This document shows, piece after piece, positions 25,481-37,500 of a DNA stretch of 64,000 bases. Origin of the DNA: Octopus vulgaris (Eukaryota); the NCBI GenBank assembly GCA_951406725.2, contig OX597832.1, positions 23,994,001 to 24,058,000 of the forward strand, written 5' to 3'. Under the pieces are notes generated by a model that worked only from the letters and a program-made list of their open reading frames with translations, searched no databases and was not told the origin of the DNA. Made by a program: the position numbers and the translations under genes. How positions within the stretch are numbered: the first letter of the stretch is position 1; each line of letters opens with the position of its first letter.

Positions 25481-25653
25481 ATATGTTTGTTTGTACCCTC
25501 CAACATCGCTTGACAATTGATGCTGTATTTACGTCCCTGTAACTTAGCGGTTCGGCAAAAGAGACCGATAGAATAAGTCCTGGGGTCGATTTGCTCAACT
25601 AAAGGCGGTGCTCCAGCATGGCCACAGTCAAATGACTGAAACAAGTAAAAGAG
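25300..25653 (+). mobile_element. SINE family A
   Basis: Match to other copies. Confidence 0.75.
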
Positions 25654-26235
25654 AATTTAATTAAAAAAAAAAACAATGTATTTGGTAAAGATGTTTTTGT
25701 ATGTTGTGTAGGTACTTTTGTTCAACTTTTCAAACAACTAAACTCAAAGTTTAGATAGGAGACTTTGGCTTTGGATGTTTTAAATATCAGGCATTATGAT
25801 TTTGCAAAAATCATAATTTTTAGAAAACTTTAAGATTAGAAATAAAATTTCTTTGGCAGAATCATAATATCTGATATTTAAAACAAATTTGATGAAATTA
25901 CTAGTTTCGAGCTTTCCTATAAGATTGCCATATGTGGGTGGGTGGGTGTCTATGTCTGTCTGTCTGTATATACGTATGTTCTCTTTCTCTTTTCAATTCA
26001 GAGTAAATTTTGACTGGCCTCTTACTTGGTAGCAAGGTAGTGAAGGAGAGCATCTTTGTTTGTCTGAGCCCGTCCACGAATTTACAATTTAGAATTGTGA
26101 TGAACCATAACCTTGAACCCTACTAAAAGATTACCTGGAGTTCTTCAGTAATCTAAGTAATATTGTCAGCCAGGTGTGCTAACAGAGAGCTTATGAAGTA
26201 TTTTGCCCAGATTGATAATCACTCACTATTTGTTC

Positions 26236-26281
<46 letters not shown>

Positions 26282-26318
26282 AAATGAAATAAAGTGAAAA
26301 GCAGGACACAAAGGATGT

Positions 26319-26413
26319 TGCGGTACATATGTTTCGAGCTTTATAGAACAACTTATTCTTCCTTCAATGCATAATCAACCTAACAGATAGTTCAAAAGCC
26401 CTCTTCAGCCGCA
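26319..26413 (-). ncRNA. Minimal type I hammerhead ribozyme motif (left arm of palindrome)
   Basis: Minus strand: tgcgg CTGAAGA GGGCTTT..AAAGCTC GAAA C ATAT GTA ccgca. Confidence 0.7.
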
Positions 26414-26503
26414 TGCAATTGCTACACCAAACACTTGTGTAACATTATAACCTTTTCTCAAACCTTTCATAATGTGATACAAGTCTTTGGTGTAGCAATT
26501 GCA

Positions 26504-26598
26504 TGCGGCTGAAGAGGGCTTTTGAACTATCTGTTAGGTTGATTATGCATTGAAGGAAGAATAAGTTGTTCTATAAAGCCCGAAACATATGTACCGCA
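26504..26598 (+). ncRNA. Minimal type I hammerhead ribozyme motif (right arm of palindrome)
   Basis: tgcgg CTGAAGA GGGCTTT..AAAGCCC GAAA C ATAT GTA ccgca; predicted cleavage after A26593. Confidence 0.75.
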
Positions 26599-26726
26599 AC
26601 ATCCTTTGTGTCCTGTTTTTCATTTTTTTTATCATTTGATACATATATCCTCTCACCTATACTACTAGCTGGCATATACAGGTGCTTATATTTATCAAGT
26701 ATTCACCCTGAATTTATATATATATA

Positions 26727-27220
26727 TACGAGCAAAACGCCCCCCGTCCAATAGACTGTGCTGAGTTGTCAAACATTTAAACCAAATTTTCTCAAAACAA
26801 CTTGTCCGACCATTCCATAGGTCTCCCCTTTGAGAAACACTGATTTAACCTAAATTTGAGACACTAGCAAAAGAAGAAACAAAGATAGACTTTTATTCAC
26901 AGAAATATGCAAAAGACTATTGCATTTTGTGGCATTATTTCAAGCCAGCGGGCTTTTTTTGCGCAAACTGCACATGCATTTTTCTCACGTATGCGTAGTA
27001 TCGATCGCAACACATGTACTTGGACGTACAAATGCACGTTCCGGCAGCTTTATCGATCGCCTTCTCACCTGGAATCAATATTTGTAATTTTTTCAAGACT
27101 TATACACGCCCTGATACCATCGGTATCTAGATATCAAATTTGAGCGCAATCGGATGGAGGATGCCCGAGATCCTAGAAGACACACAGACAGACAGACAAA
27201 ACAGATTTTATATAAGAGAT
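26727..27220 (-). mobile_element. Non-autonomous Helitron-like element
   Basis: Minus 5' atctcttatataaa with (tctg)n; 3' gtc-tattg-gac hairpin and CTCG|t end. Confidence 0.45.
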
Positions 27221-28039
27221 ATACTAGCAGAGATACCTGGTGTTGCTCAGGATTAAAACAGCATAATTTTTTATTGTTTTACTTGTTTAAGTCATGTGAC
27301 TGTGGTCATGCTGGAGTACTGCCTTTAGTCAAAGAAATCGACCCCATCATTTATTCATTGTAACCCTAGAACCTACTCTATTGGTGTATTTTGACAAACA
27401 GCTAAATTACAGGACGTAAACACAGCAACACTGGTTGTCAAGTGATGGTGGGGGGAGGCCAGAGCTGGTCATTTTGAATGTAAAACAGGTAGAATATGGC
27501 CAATTTAAATGCTAAAGGGTTAAAATGAATTTTACGTTTTCTGTATTATTATTTGACTCCTCCACACTGTATAGTCATCATCATCATCATCTTCGTTTAG
27601 TATTTGTATTTTGTGTGTGCATGGGTTGGACTGTTTGACAGGATGTGACTCATTGAGGACTACATTGAGCTTCAACGTCTGCTTTAGAATGATTTCAACA
27701 GCTGGATGCCCTTCCAAACATCAACCACTTTACATACTGTACTCAATGTTTTGCATACCACTGGTACTAGTGAGTTTACTGTGTAAACTTGCAAGACAAG
27801 ACCCCTTTATTAAGGTGGGGTGAAAGTATTGAGGGAGGTGGATTATGACAAGTGACTGAGACTTTTGGAAATAATGCAGTGCGAGAGAAGACCTGGCAAG
27901 CCAAATGAGACCATAACCCGTGGCCTATGCCAGGGGTGTAACCAGCCCACTTATGTGTACCTTTCCTTCATTGGACACTAAACTCTGTTTGCAAAGACCT
28001 GTTGAGGCAAGTGAAATCGAAATCGAATTCGGTGACTGG

Positions 28040-28495
28040 CATCCGTGCTAGTGGAGTGCTAAGAGCACCATCCAAGCATGATCGCTTCGAGAGCAGCTGA
28101 CTGGCTTCTGTGCCAGTGGCATATAAAAAGCACCCTTCGAGCATGATCGTTACCAGCATTGCCTTACTGGTACTTCTGCTGGCGGCATGTGAAAAAACAT
28201 TCGAGCAAGGTCATTGCCAGTGCTGCTGGACTGGCTCCTGTGCAGGTGGCATGTAAAAAACACCATTTTCGAGTGTGGCCATTGCCAGTACCACCTGACT
28301 GGCCCTCGTGCCGGTGGCACATAAAAGCACCCACTACACTCTCAGAGTGGTTGGCGTTAGGAAGGGCATCCAGCTGTAGAAACTCTGCCAGATCAGATTG
28401 GAGCCTGGCGCAGCCTCCTGGCTTCCCAGACCCCAGTCAAACCGTCCAACCCATGCTAGCATGGAAAGCAGACATTAAACGATGATGATGATGAT
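28040..28495 (+). mobile_element. Family C retroposon, longer copy
   Basis: Internal ggcacgtaaaaagcacc repeats and (gat)n tail. Confidence 0.7.
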
Positions 28496-29446
28496 TATGA
28501 GGTAATAGTAAAATAAGTGAAAACCCCCTTTGGTCATGAATGACCATGGGATTGCACCTAAAAAGTTCCTTCTGAGACCTAAGTCCAGGCAAGATTGTTT
28601 TATGTAAGACCAGTCATTGCCCATGCATACAAGCCTCCCTTCTCCCTTGGCACCAGTGATGTCACAAGAGATGAGTGAACTGGAGCAACGTGAAATAAAG
28701 TGTCTTGCTCAAGAACACAACACACAACCCAGTCTAGGAATCGAACTCGCTACTTCATGATTGTGAGCCCAATGATCCAACCACTGAACCATGCGCCTTC
28801 ACTGAGGTAAGAGCAGGTGTCTTGCTGTAGAGGAGATATAAGGGAGAGAAGATGGTGATGATGAAGTACCCTCAAGGTACACGAGGGTGGATTTGAGGAG
28901 GGATAGTGACAGTGGAGCAGGTAAGTTTGTGAGATGAGCAACTTTTAGGATAAAGGCTTTGCAGTAAGTATTCAATAGTTTTGTGTAAAAACTAAGAGTA
29001 AAAAGCCATGGGTGCTGTACCTCCCTCCCTGACAAAGTGGTGAAAAGTAGAGAAGTTCGAAAGACAAAAATTAATTAGTTTTATGTAAAAAATAAGAATA
29101 TCTTACTTAAACCTTCTATTTTACTGGCACCTGTGCTATTGGCATGTGTAAAAAAATTCAAGCAAGGTCGTTGCCAGTACCGCCTGACTGGCCCCCATGC
29201 CTGTGGCACGTAAATGCACCCACTACACTCTCGGAGTGGTTGGCATTAGGAAGGGCATCCAGCAGTAGAAACTCTGCCAGATCAAGACTGGAGCTTGGTG
29301 CAGCCATCTGGTTCGCCAGCCCACAGTCAAACCGTCCAACCCATGCTAGCATGGAAAGCGGACGTTAAACGACGATAATGATGATGATGATGAAAGCTGT
29401 GTTATCTTAACTCAGTTGCTCTTGTGTACTGTAAGGAGGGATCTAT

Positions 29447-29787
29447 AGGGTGGTCCGAAAGTCTTGTCACCCCCTACTGAAAAGTACTAAGAACAATAGA
29501 GGGACAATATAATAATATCAAACACATGTACTGGTTTTTAGTATATTCACTTTCATTGATGCTGTCACACATCAAGAAGGTCTGTATGAACATCAAAAGT
29601 TTCTTAAAATATCACACAGGACATGTGTACCACGAAAATAGTGTTCATATAGACCTTCTCAATGTGTGACAGTGTCAGCGTCAATGAAAGTGAATATACT
29701 AAAACCACATGTGTTTGATATTATTATATTGTCCCACTATTGTTCTTATTACTTTTCGGTAGGGGGTATTTACTTTCAGACCACCTT
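29447..29787. mobile_element. Palindromic MITE (Tc1/mariner-like ends)
   Basis: ~145-bp inverted arms (gggtggtccgaaagt...gactttcagaccacc-like ends) around a ~48-nt spacer. Confidence 0.7.
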
Positions 29788-31960
29788 TTATACATTGAAG
29801 ACCTTTTTTAAAAACCTTTTTGATAACAATCAGCATGGGTTGTATTATAAAATCCCTGGTTCTATAATGGAAAACGCCTTGCTTTAAAGTGTTGTGGGAC
29901 CTCGCTTGGCCCTACCTGAGATTTGAAACTGAATCTGTAAATTCTCCCCAGTCACAAGACCTATTGTTCTGTCAGAGATAAACACTTGACTCTTCCAACT
30001 TTTCATGTCATAGAAAAGGTTAAGAATCAAGTGGAAAACACACATCAAAACCTTCCTTCAAAATTCTGAGTTAATTTATGTTCTGGACAACTTAATAATG
30101 ACAAAGTTATTTTATTAAATTCTTCAGTATTTTCAAAACACCTTTTGACACAACCACACTTGAACCAGTGTGTATGTTTGCACCTTCTTGGCTTCATATC
30201 ACGTGATAGTTGTAAGCAATTGTTACCGTCAGTCATTCGTTTCCAATATTCTGTGAAAAACTTGTCTGCTATAGAGAAATATTACTGTTTGAAATCAGGT
30301 CTAGGCTGGCAAATATATAAGCATATGACTTGAGAAAATCTGCCTCAATAAACTCTCTCTGACTAACACATGGCAAAGTAGACACTAACCCTTTTGTTAC
30401 CAACCCAGCTGAAACCAGCTCTGGCTCTGTAGTACATATGTCTTGTTTTCAGAAATTTTGAATTAAAATCTTTCTCCAACCTTAGTCATAATTTATGTTC
30501 CTAACACTAGCTGAATGATAACTGAGTTATTTTACTAAATTCTTTGTTATATTTAAAGTAATTGAAAGAAACACAGAGCAAATTGTCAGCACGAAAACGG
30601 TGACCCCTAATTGCCTTGTTCCATCCTATGACATTGTTTTTGTTTTTTTTGCCTAAAGACCCTTTTGACTCTTATTTGTACTCTACTGGATATTCTTAAC
30701 CATTCGTTATATATAAAAGAAATTCTACTCTCTTTTTTTACATTTAAATTTTATTAGGAATAGTAAATAAAAAAAAAAATTAACCCTTTTGATACCAGCT
30801 CTGGCTCTCAGTACAAATGTCTTGTTTTCTGAAGTTTTGAATCAAAATCTTCCACCTTACCTCAGTCACAATATATGTTCGTAACACTAGCTGAATGATA
30901 ACTGAGTTACTTTACTAAATTCTTTGTTATATTTAAAGTAATTGAAAGAAACTCAGAGCATCTCAAAATACAGTAACGAAAAGGTTAAAGCAATGATGAC
31001 AGACATAACTGAATATACCACTCCTTGACTCTATAATTACTAAATCATCAGTAATTAATTACATTCCTCATGATTAAGGAAGTCTATTTGTAATAACAGT
31101 AGTAATTTGTTTTTTGTTTGTTTTTTTTTCCTAACCCATTATTACTGTTATCTTACAACCAGCTTCTATCCTGGCATAGCTTGGTTGAACTGTCATGGCA
31201 CCAAGATAGTTCTTATTTAAGTCCATATTTCACTCATTCACTACAATTCTGGGGATGCATGGTCTTTATGGTTGGATGTTCTTTTTAGTGTATTAGGTAC
31301 ATTTTATTGAGGGGCCATTAGAGGTAAAGGGTCCTGAACCACTTTTTTTTTAACCTATGGACCCTATTTTACACTAATGAACCTCCATAGCCATTTGTTG
31401 TATATAAGAAAAGTTCATTTGTATCATATAAAATCCTTTGTCTCCGTCTGTTCCCAATGCATTCCCAAATCAAATCAAATTTTACATTTAATATGATATA
31501 TTGTTTCATTTTTATACTTTTACTTTTAATTCTAACCACTATGTCACATTTTGTATATGACTGTATCTATCTGTGAATGTATATGTCTCACAGTGTGTGT
31601 TTTTCCATTATTAAATACACTACATGTATGTGAGTGCTGGTCAGTATCAATACAAAATTTTATTGTCATTTTGATTAAAACAATGTAACATTGCAGAGAT
31701 AATCTTTCTATTGTCAACAGGACATTTTATACCACGACTACAACTACATCACATTTTGTACATGACTTGTGTATCTAGTGTGAGTGTATGTCTTGCTGTA
31801 TTTCCACATTAGGTACATTATTAAACACACACACATATACATACGTGACAACTGACGACAACGTCACATTTTGAATACGACTGTTTATCTGTCTCTGAAT
31901 GTATCAGTGTGTGTATCTTTCTACATTAGGTACGTTATTAAACATACTTATATGTATAGT

Positions 31961-32180
31961 GCGGCGAGCTGGCAGAAACGTTAGCACGCCGGGCGAAATG
32001 CGTAGCCGTATTTCGTCTGCCGTTACGTTCTAAGCTCAAATTCCGCCAAGGTCGACTTTGTCTTTCATCTTTTCGGGGTCGATAAATTAAGGACCAGTTA
32101 CGCTCTGGGGTCGATGTAATCGACTTAATCCGTTTGTCTGCCCCCTCTGTGTTTCTCCCCTTGTGGGTAGTAAAGAAATA
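31961..32180 (+). mobile_element. SINE family B
   Basis: Match to 23853-24085. Confidence 0.8.
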
Positions 32181-32691
32181 TATATGTATGTGAAGGCTGG
32201 TTAGGGTGAATATGAAATTTTATTTTCATTTCGATTAAAACAACATTTCATAGAGATAGTCTTTCTATTGTCAACAGGACATCACATTTAGTATATGACC
32301 ATATATCTGCCTGTGAGTGTATGAGTATGTCTCATGGTGTATCTCTCCGCGTTAGGTACGTTATTAAACACGCACTTACACAAAGCTGTCTTGGTTGATG
32401 AACAACAAACTAGTAAATGTAAAAATCATTGGTGTTGGTGCCACGTAAAAGGCACTGGCGATGGTGCCGTGTATAAAGCACCCACAACACAGTGGAGTGG
32501 TTGGCATTTGGAAGGGCATCCAGCTATAGAAACCAGGCCAAAACAGTCTATGGAACCTGGTGCAGCCCCTTGGCCCTGCCAGTTCTTGTGAAGCTGTCCA
32601 ACCCATGCCAGCATGGAAAATGGATGTTAAATGATGATGAATTGGGACTGTAGAACAAAACCCTTGCCACACTGATAACATAACCCAAACA

Positions 32692-33080
32692 GGCGCAGGA
32701 GTGGCTGTGTGGTAAGTAGCTTGCTAACCAACCACATAGTTCCGGGTTCAGTCCCACTGCGTGGCATCTTGGGCAAGTGTCTTCTGATATAGCCCCAGGC
32801 CGACCAATGCCTTGTGAGTGGATTTGGTAGACGGAAACTGAAAGAAGCCTGTCGTATATATGTATATATATATGTATGTTTGTGTGTCTGTGTTTGTCCC
32901 CTTAGCATTGCTTGACAACCGATACTGGTGTGTTTACGTCCCCGTCACTTAGCGGTTCGGCAAAAGAGACCGATAGAATAAGTACTGGGCTTACAAAGAA
33001 TAAGTCCCAGGGTCGATTTGCTCGACTAAAGGCAGTGCTCCAGCATGGCCGCAGTCAAATGACTGAAACAAGTAAAAGAG
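32692..33080 (+). mobile_element. SINE family A, full length
   Basis: Match to 7460-7847. Confidence 0.85.
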
Positions 33081-33154
33081 AGAGAAAAGAGTATAGTATA
33101 GACTTGAAAATTGAAGATTGAAAAATAAACATACAAAATAATTCAAACAAATGT

Positions 33155-33160
33155 TTTATT
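33155..33160 (-). terminator. Candidate CCT8 polyadenylation signal
   Basis: AATAAA on the minus strand ~280 nt after the stop codon, followed by TG-rich sequence. Confidence 0.45.
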
Positions 33161-33438
33161 TTGGTTTCCAATTACAATACACATACATTGTAGCAAAGCA
33201 GGTTTCTTTTTTGTTTTATCTTCTTCCAATCTTGTTTTAAAGGTTTTTCTCAGTATGAAACCCCCTGTGGAAAGATAATGACCTTTCCATCACATTTCTG
33301 GTAAAAATGGAAATTAGAGATGGTACTTAATATGAAGCCAGTAAATATTTTTTTTTCTTCTTTTTAAAAAAAAGGAATAAATAATGCAACCTATTATACA
33401 TGATAATGAATGCTTGGTATAAATGAAAGTTAATGAGA

Positions 33439-33504
33439 TTAATCTTCATCCCAGTCTTTGGTCTCTCGAGTCTTGGGACCACCTGCAGGCTTGGCCATAA
33501 TGAT
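33439..33504 (-). CDS. CCT8: CCT8 exon 17
   Basis: IIMAKPAGGPKTRETKDWDED*. Confidence 0.95.
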   Translation of the reverse strand: MIMAKPAGGPKTRETKDWDED

Positions 33505-34522
33505 CTGCAAAAGAAAAAAAGGAAATGATAAATATTTTATAAAAACTGAACATATCTGAACAAGATGTTGATACTCAATAACTGAATTGTATCATTGTTT
33601 TTAAAAGCTTAATCAAAGAAGTTATTCTCAAACCAGAGATGAGGTTTGTAATACTTGCAGAACCCAGTTAAATGTCTAACAAAGAATCAACAGCAACGGC
33701 CCTGGACAGTTTGGTATGAACAACAGTTTGTAGGAACCACTTTGTCTGAAAGACATCCAGGGCCCAGGTTGTGAAGTTAAAATGGAAATTAGACTTCCAT
33801 TTTCCCCATGGCCAGAGAACATTTTTCATGGAAGACCGGAAACGAACAATCTCACTTGCACGAGGATGACGTTCATTTACAACCATCACATTTTGACACA
33901 CACTCAAGCCTCTGTCAAAAAATCCCTCACAAGGCTTTGGTTAACCCGGGGCTATAATAGATTACACTTGCTCAACGTGCAAGGCAAGGGACTTAACCCA
34001 AAAACACATGGTTGAGGAACAATGCCTACACCTAAACTACATATTCTTTTATTATTTAATTTATTTCAGTCATTTGACTGCAGCCATACTGGAGCACCAC
34101 CTTGAAGGTTTTTAGTCAACTTTGTAAGCTAGGTTACAGGGATGCAAACACACCAACATCAGTTGTCAAGTGATGGAGAAGGAACAGACACAAATATATA
34201 CTTTTATTCTTTTGTTTGTCATTTGACTGCAACTATGCTGGAGCATTGCCTGTAGTTGTGCAAATCAACCCCAGCACTCATTCTTTGTAAGCCTAGTACT
34301 TATTGTAATCAATCTCTTTGCTGAACTGCCAAGTTACAGGGACGGAAATACACCAGAGCTTCTTTCAGTTTCTGACTACCAAATCCATTCAAAAGGCTTT
34401 GGTCAGCCCAAGACTATATAGTAGAAGACACTTGCCAAAGGTGCTGAGCAGTGAGACTGAACCTGGAACCACATGGTTGGGAAGCAAGCTACTTACTACA
34501 CAGCCACTCCTGTGGCTCTCTT

Positions 34523-34554
<32 letters not shown>

Positions 34555-37500
34555 GTGTGTGTGTATATATATATACACACACACACACACACAATTTCTT
34601 TTAGCTTCCATCAACCAAATCCACTCACAAGGCTTTGGTCTGCCTGAGGCCATAGTAAAAGACACCTGCCCAAGGTGCCACACAGTGAGACTGAACCCGG
34701 AACCATGTGGGTGAAAAGCAAGATTCTTACCACACAGCCATGCATGCGTCTATAGCCATACCTCAGCTCTAATTAATGGCATCTATACGTATTACAGAAA
34801 GTATAAAAAGAGCAAGAAGAAGCAACAGAACAAGAGACATATATCCTTACCTGGTCAACATTGAGCACTGTGCAAGCAGCTGTAGTGGCAAACTTCAATA
34901 TCCAGAAAAATTTTGTATAAAGATCTAAAATATTTTTGTCTACTGAATCCATAACACCACCAACATCCTAAAAAATAAAAAAAATTTTTTTAAATAAACA
35001 GCTGAAAGACAACAACATATTAACCCTTTAAAAAAAAAAACCCATCCGTTCGTGGCCGTTTGCCAGCTCTGTCTGGCACCTGTGCAGGTGGCACGTAAAA
35101 AGCACCCATTACACTCGCGGAGTGGTTGGCGTTAGGAAGGGCATCCAGCCGTAGAAACACTGCCAAATCTGACTGGGCCTGATGAAGCCTCCCGGCTTCA
35201 CAGATCCCAGTTAAACCGTCCAACCCATGCTAGCATGGAAAACGGACGCTAAATGATGATGATGATGATTACTGTATTTATTTTGAGATGTTCTTTGTTT
35301 CTTTCAATTAATTTTAAATCTAAGAAAGGATTTAGTAAAATAACTTAGTTATCATTCAGCTAGTGTTACAAACATAAATTGTGACTAAGGTTTGGTGGAA
35401 GATTTTAATTCAAAACTTATGAAAATAAGACATTTGAACTCAGAACCAGAGCTGGTTTTGGCCGGGTTGGTAACGAAAGGGTTAACCCACAATTTGAGGA
35501 ATAATTATTTATACCGAAGTTTTAAAAATTAAAATGTTCACCTTTAGCAATCACGTTATTCTGTCAAAAAGTAATGCTTACTTATCGACATTGTTTTGAA
35601 TTAATCATGCATTGTAATTTAATTTTCAGAATGATTTTGTTGAGCAGGTGTGAGAGGCCAGATATGGCAAATTTGGACACATAACAGGTAGAATGTTTTG
35701 GCTGGATAAAAGGGGTAAAGACACCCCTCCTCCCTAGTCATGAATGACCATGGGATTGCACCGAGAAAGTTACCCAAGGCACAAGTCCAGGCAAGGTTGT
35801 TTATGGAAGACCAGCAGTTGCCCATGGATACCAGCCGCTCCTCTCCAGGCCACTGATGTTATCCAAGGGAAAGGCAAAAGCCGACACAGTTTGGCACCAG
35901 CAACATCACAACTCATTTCTACAGCTGAGTGAACCGGAGCAACATGAAATAAATTGCTTTGCTCAAGAATACAACACAGCTTGGTCTGAGAATCATACTC
36001 TCCACCTCACGATTGTGAGCCCAGTGCTTTAACCACTGAGCCATGCGCCTTTGGCCAGATATGGCTGGATTAAATGCCAAAGAACTGATGGCCTCAACTT
36101 GAAGAAACAAATAATAATATCAACACAGATGTTCTCACTAGTAGCCCTTTTCTTAATTGAGCAACCCCAGACAAAAATCATTTGTTTATTTTCCAGATCA
36201 ATTTCGATTTAAATGTTCCTTGTACAAACACCCTATTGCTTCTTTCATTTTTATTTTCTTTACATACATTATTGAAAGCTTTCTTTCTTCTCTTTTTAAG
36301 TCATTATGAAGAGACTTGAAGGAGATTCGGTAATAAACCAAACCAGAATACCATATTATTTCCAGACTAACCATCCAAGAGGATTCGATTCCTGGAAATC
36401 ATGATGCCACATATAAGCCGCTTTTTTGGGTTGTTATAACTTTACTCATCAAAGTGTTCAACAGCAATACTCATCTCCCTTATTTTCATTATCAACCCTT
36501 TAGCATTCCAGACTACACTGTCAAAAGCAGTACTTATTCACATTGTCTTGAATCAATCATGCAATAATCTCATATCTTTGAGATTTTGATGATGTATTTG
36601 TTTGTAGGATAGTTATGAGACCAGAACTGGCTTGTTTAAACGCTAATGGATTAACACAGAAATATGGAAATTACTATTTACTCCTATTAGGATGGGGGAG
36701 CGAAGAGAAAATAAAAACAAACAAACAAGTCCTCACCTCAATATTCACACCAACATTCTGTTTACCTTCTTGATGAGAGGCATACAACTTGGAAAGAACT
36801 TCTCGGCTCTACATAAAACAGACAAAATAGATGTTATTTTCTTCTTCCTCTGAAGCGTCACAAATATAAAACAGGAATTTAGAGCAAATAAGTTATTTGG
36901 TAAACTGGGAAGAAAAGTAAAGGTGTAAAAAAAAAAAAAAAAAAATTATGAAATTCCCGCTTACCTTTGCACCGGTATTTTCAGCCAAAGACTGAGGAAG
37001 AACCTCTAATGACTGGGCATACTTTTTAATAGCATATTGTTCTAAGCCAGGAATACTCTGCAACAAATAAACACAAAGTTGAAAACCAACTGCAATGAGC
37101 AGTTAATATTCATGCAAAAATGCTATTGTCCAATAGTTATAATCTAAGTTTAAATTGGGCAAAAGAGAAAGAAAAATGTTGTAAACCCAGTCACGTATAC
37201 ACTGTGGAAAGTGGATTAACCCTTTAGTGTTCAGATTACTCTGTTAACTAATACTTTTTCACTCAAATTGTTTTGGATTAATCCTGGATTATCTTACAGC
37301 TTTGAGGTTTCAATGATGTGATTGTTTATTTTTAGAATGGCATTGTAGGTTAGGTGTGAGAAGCCAGATATCGCCAGTTTGAATATAAAACATGTAGAAT
37401 ATATTGGGCCAGCTTTGGCCAGTTTAAACACTAAAGTGTTAAGCTCAGGCCTTACGAGCCCAAGGAATCACGGCACATCCAAGTCCATAAATAATTGCAT

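Noticed and set aside
36360-36460. TTGATGA plus an 18S-like antisense stretch in CCT8 intron 15
   Set aside because: No proper D box or terminal stem; the match resembles a generic tRNA B box.
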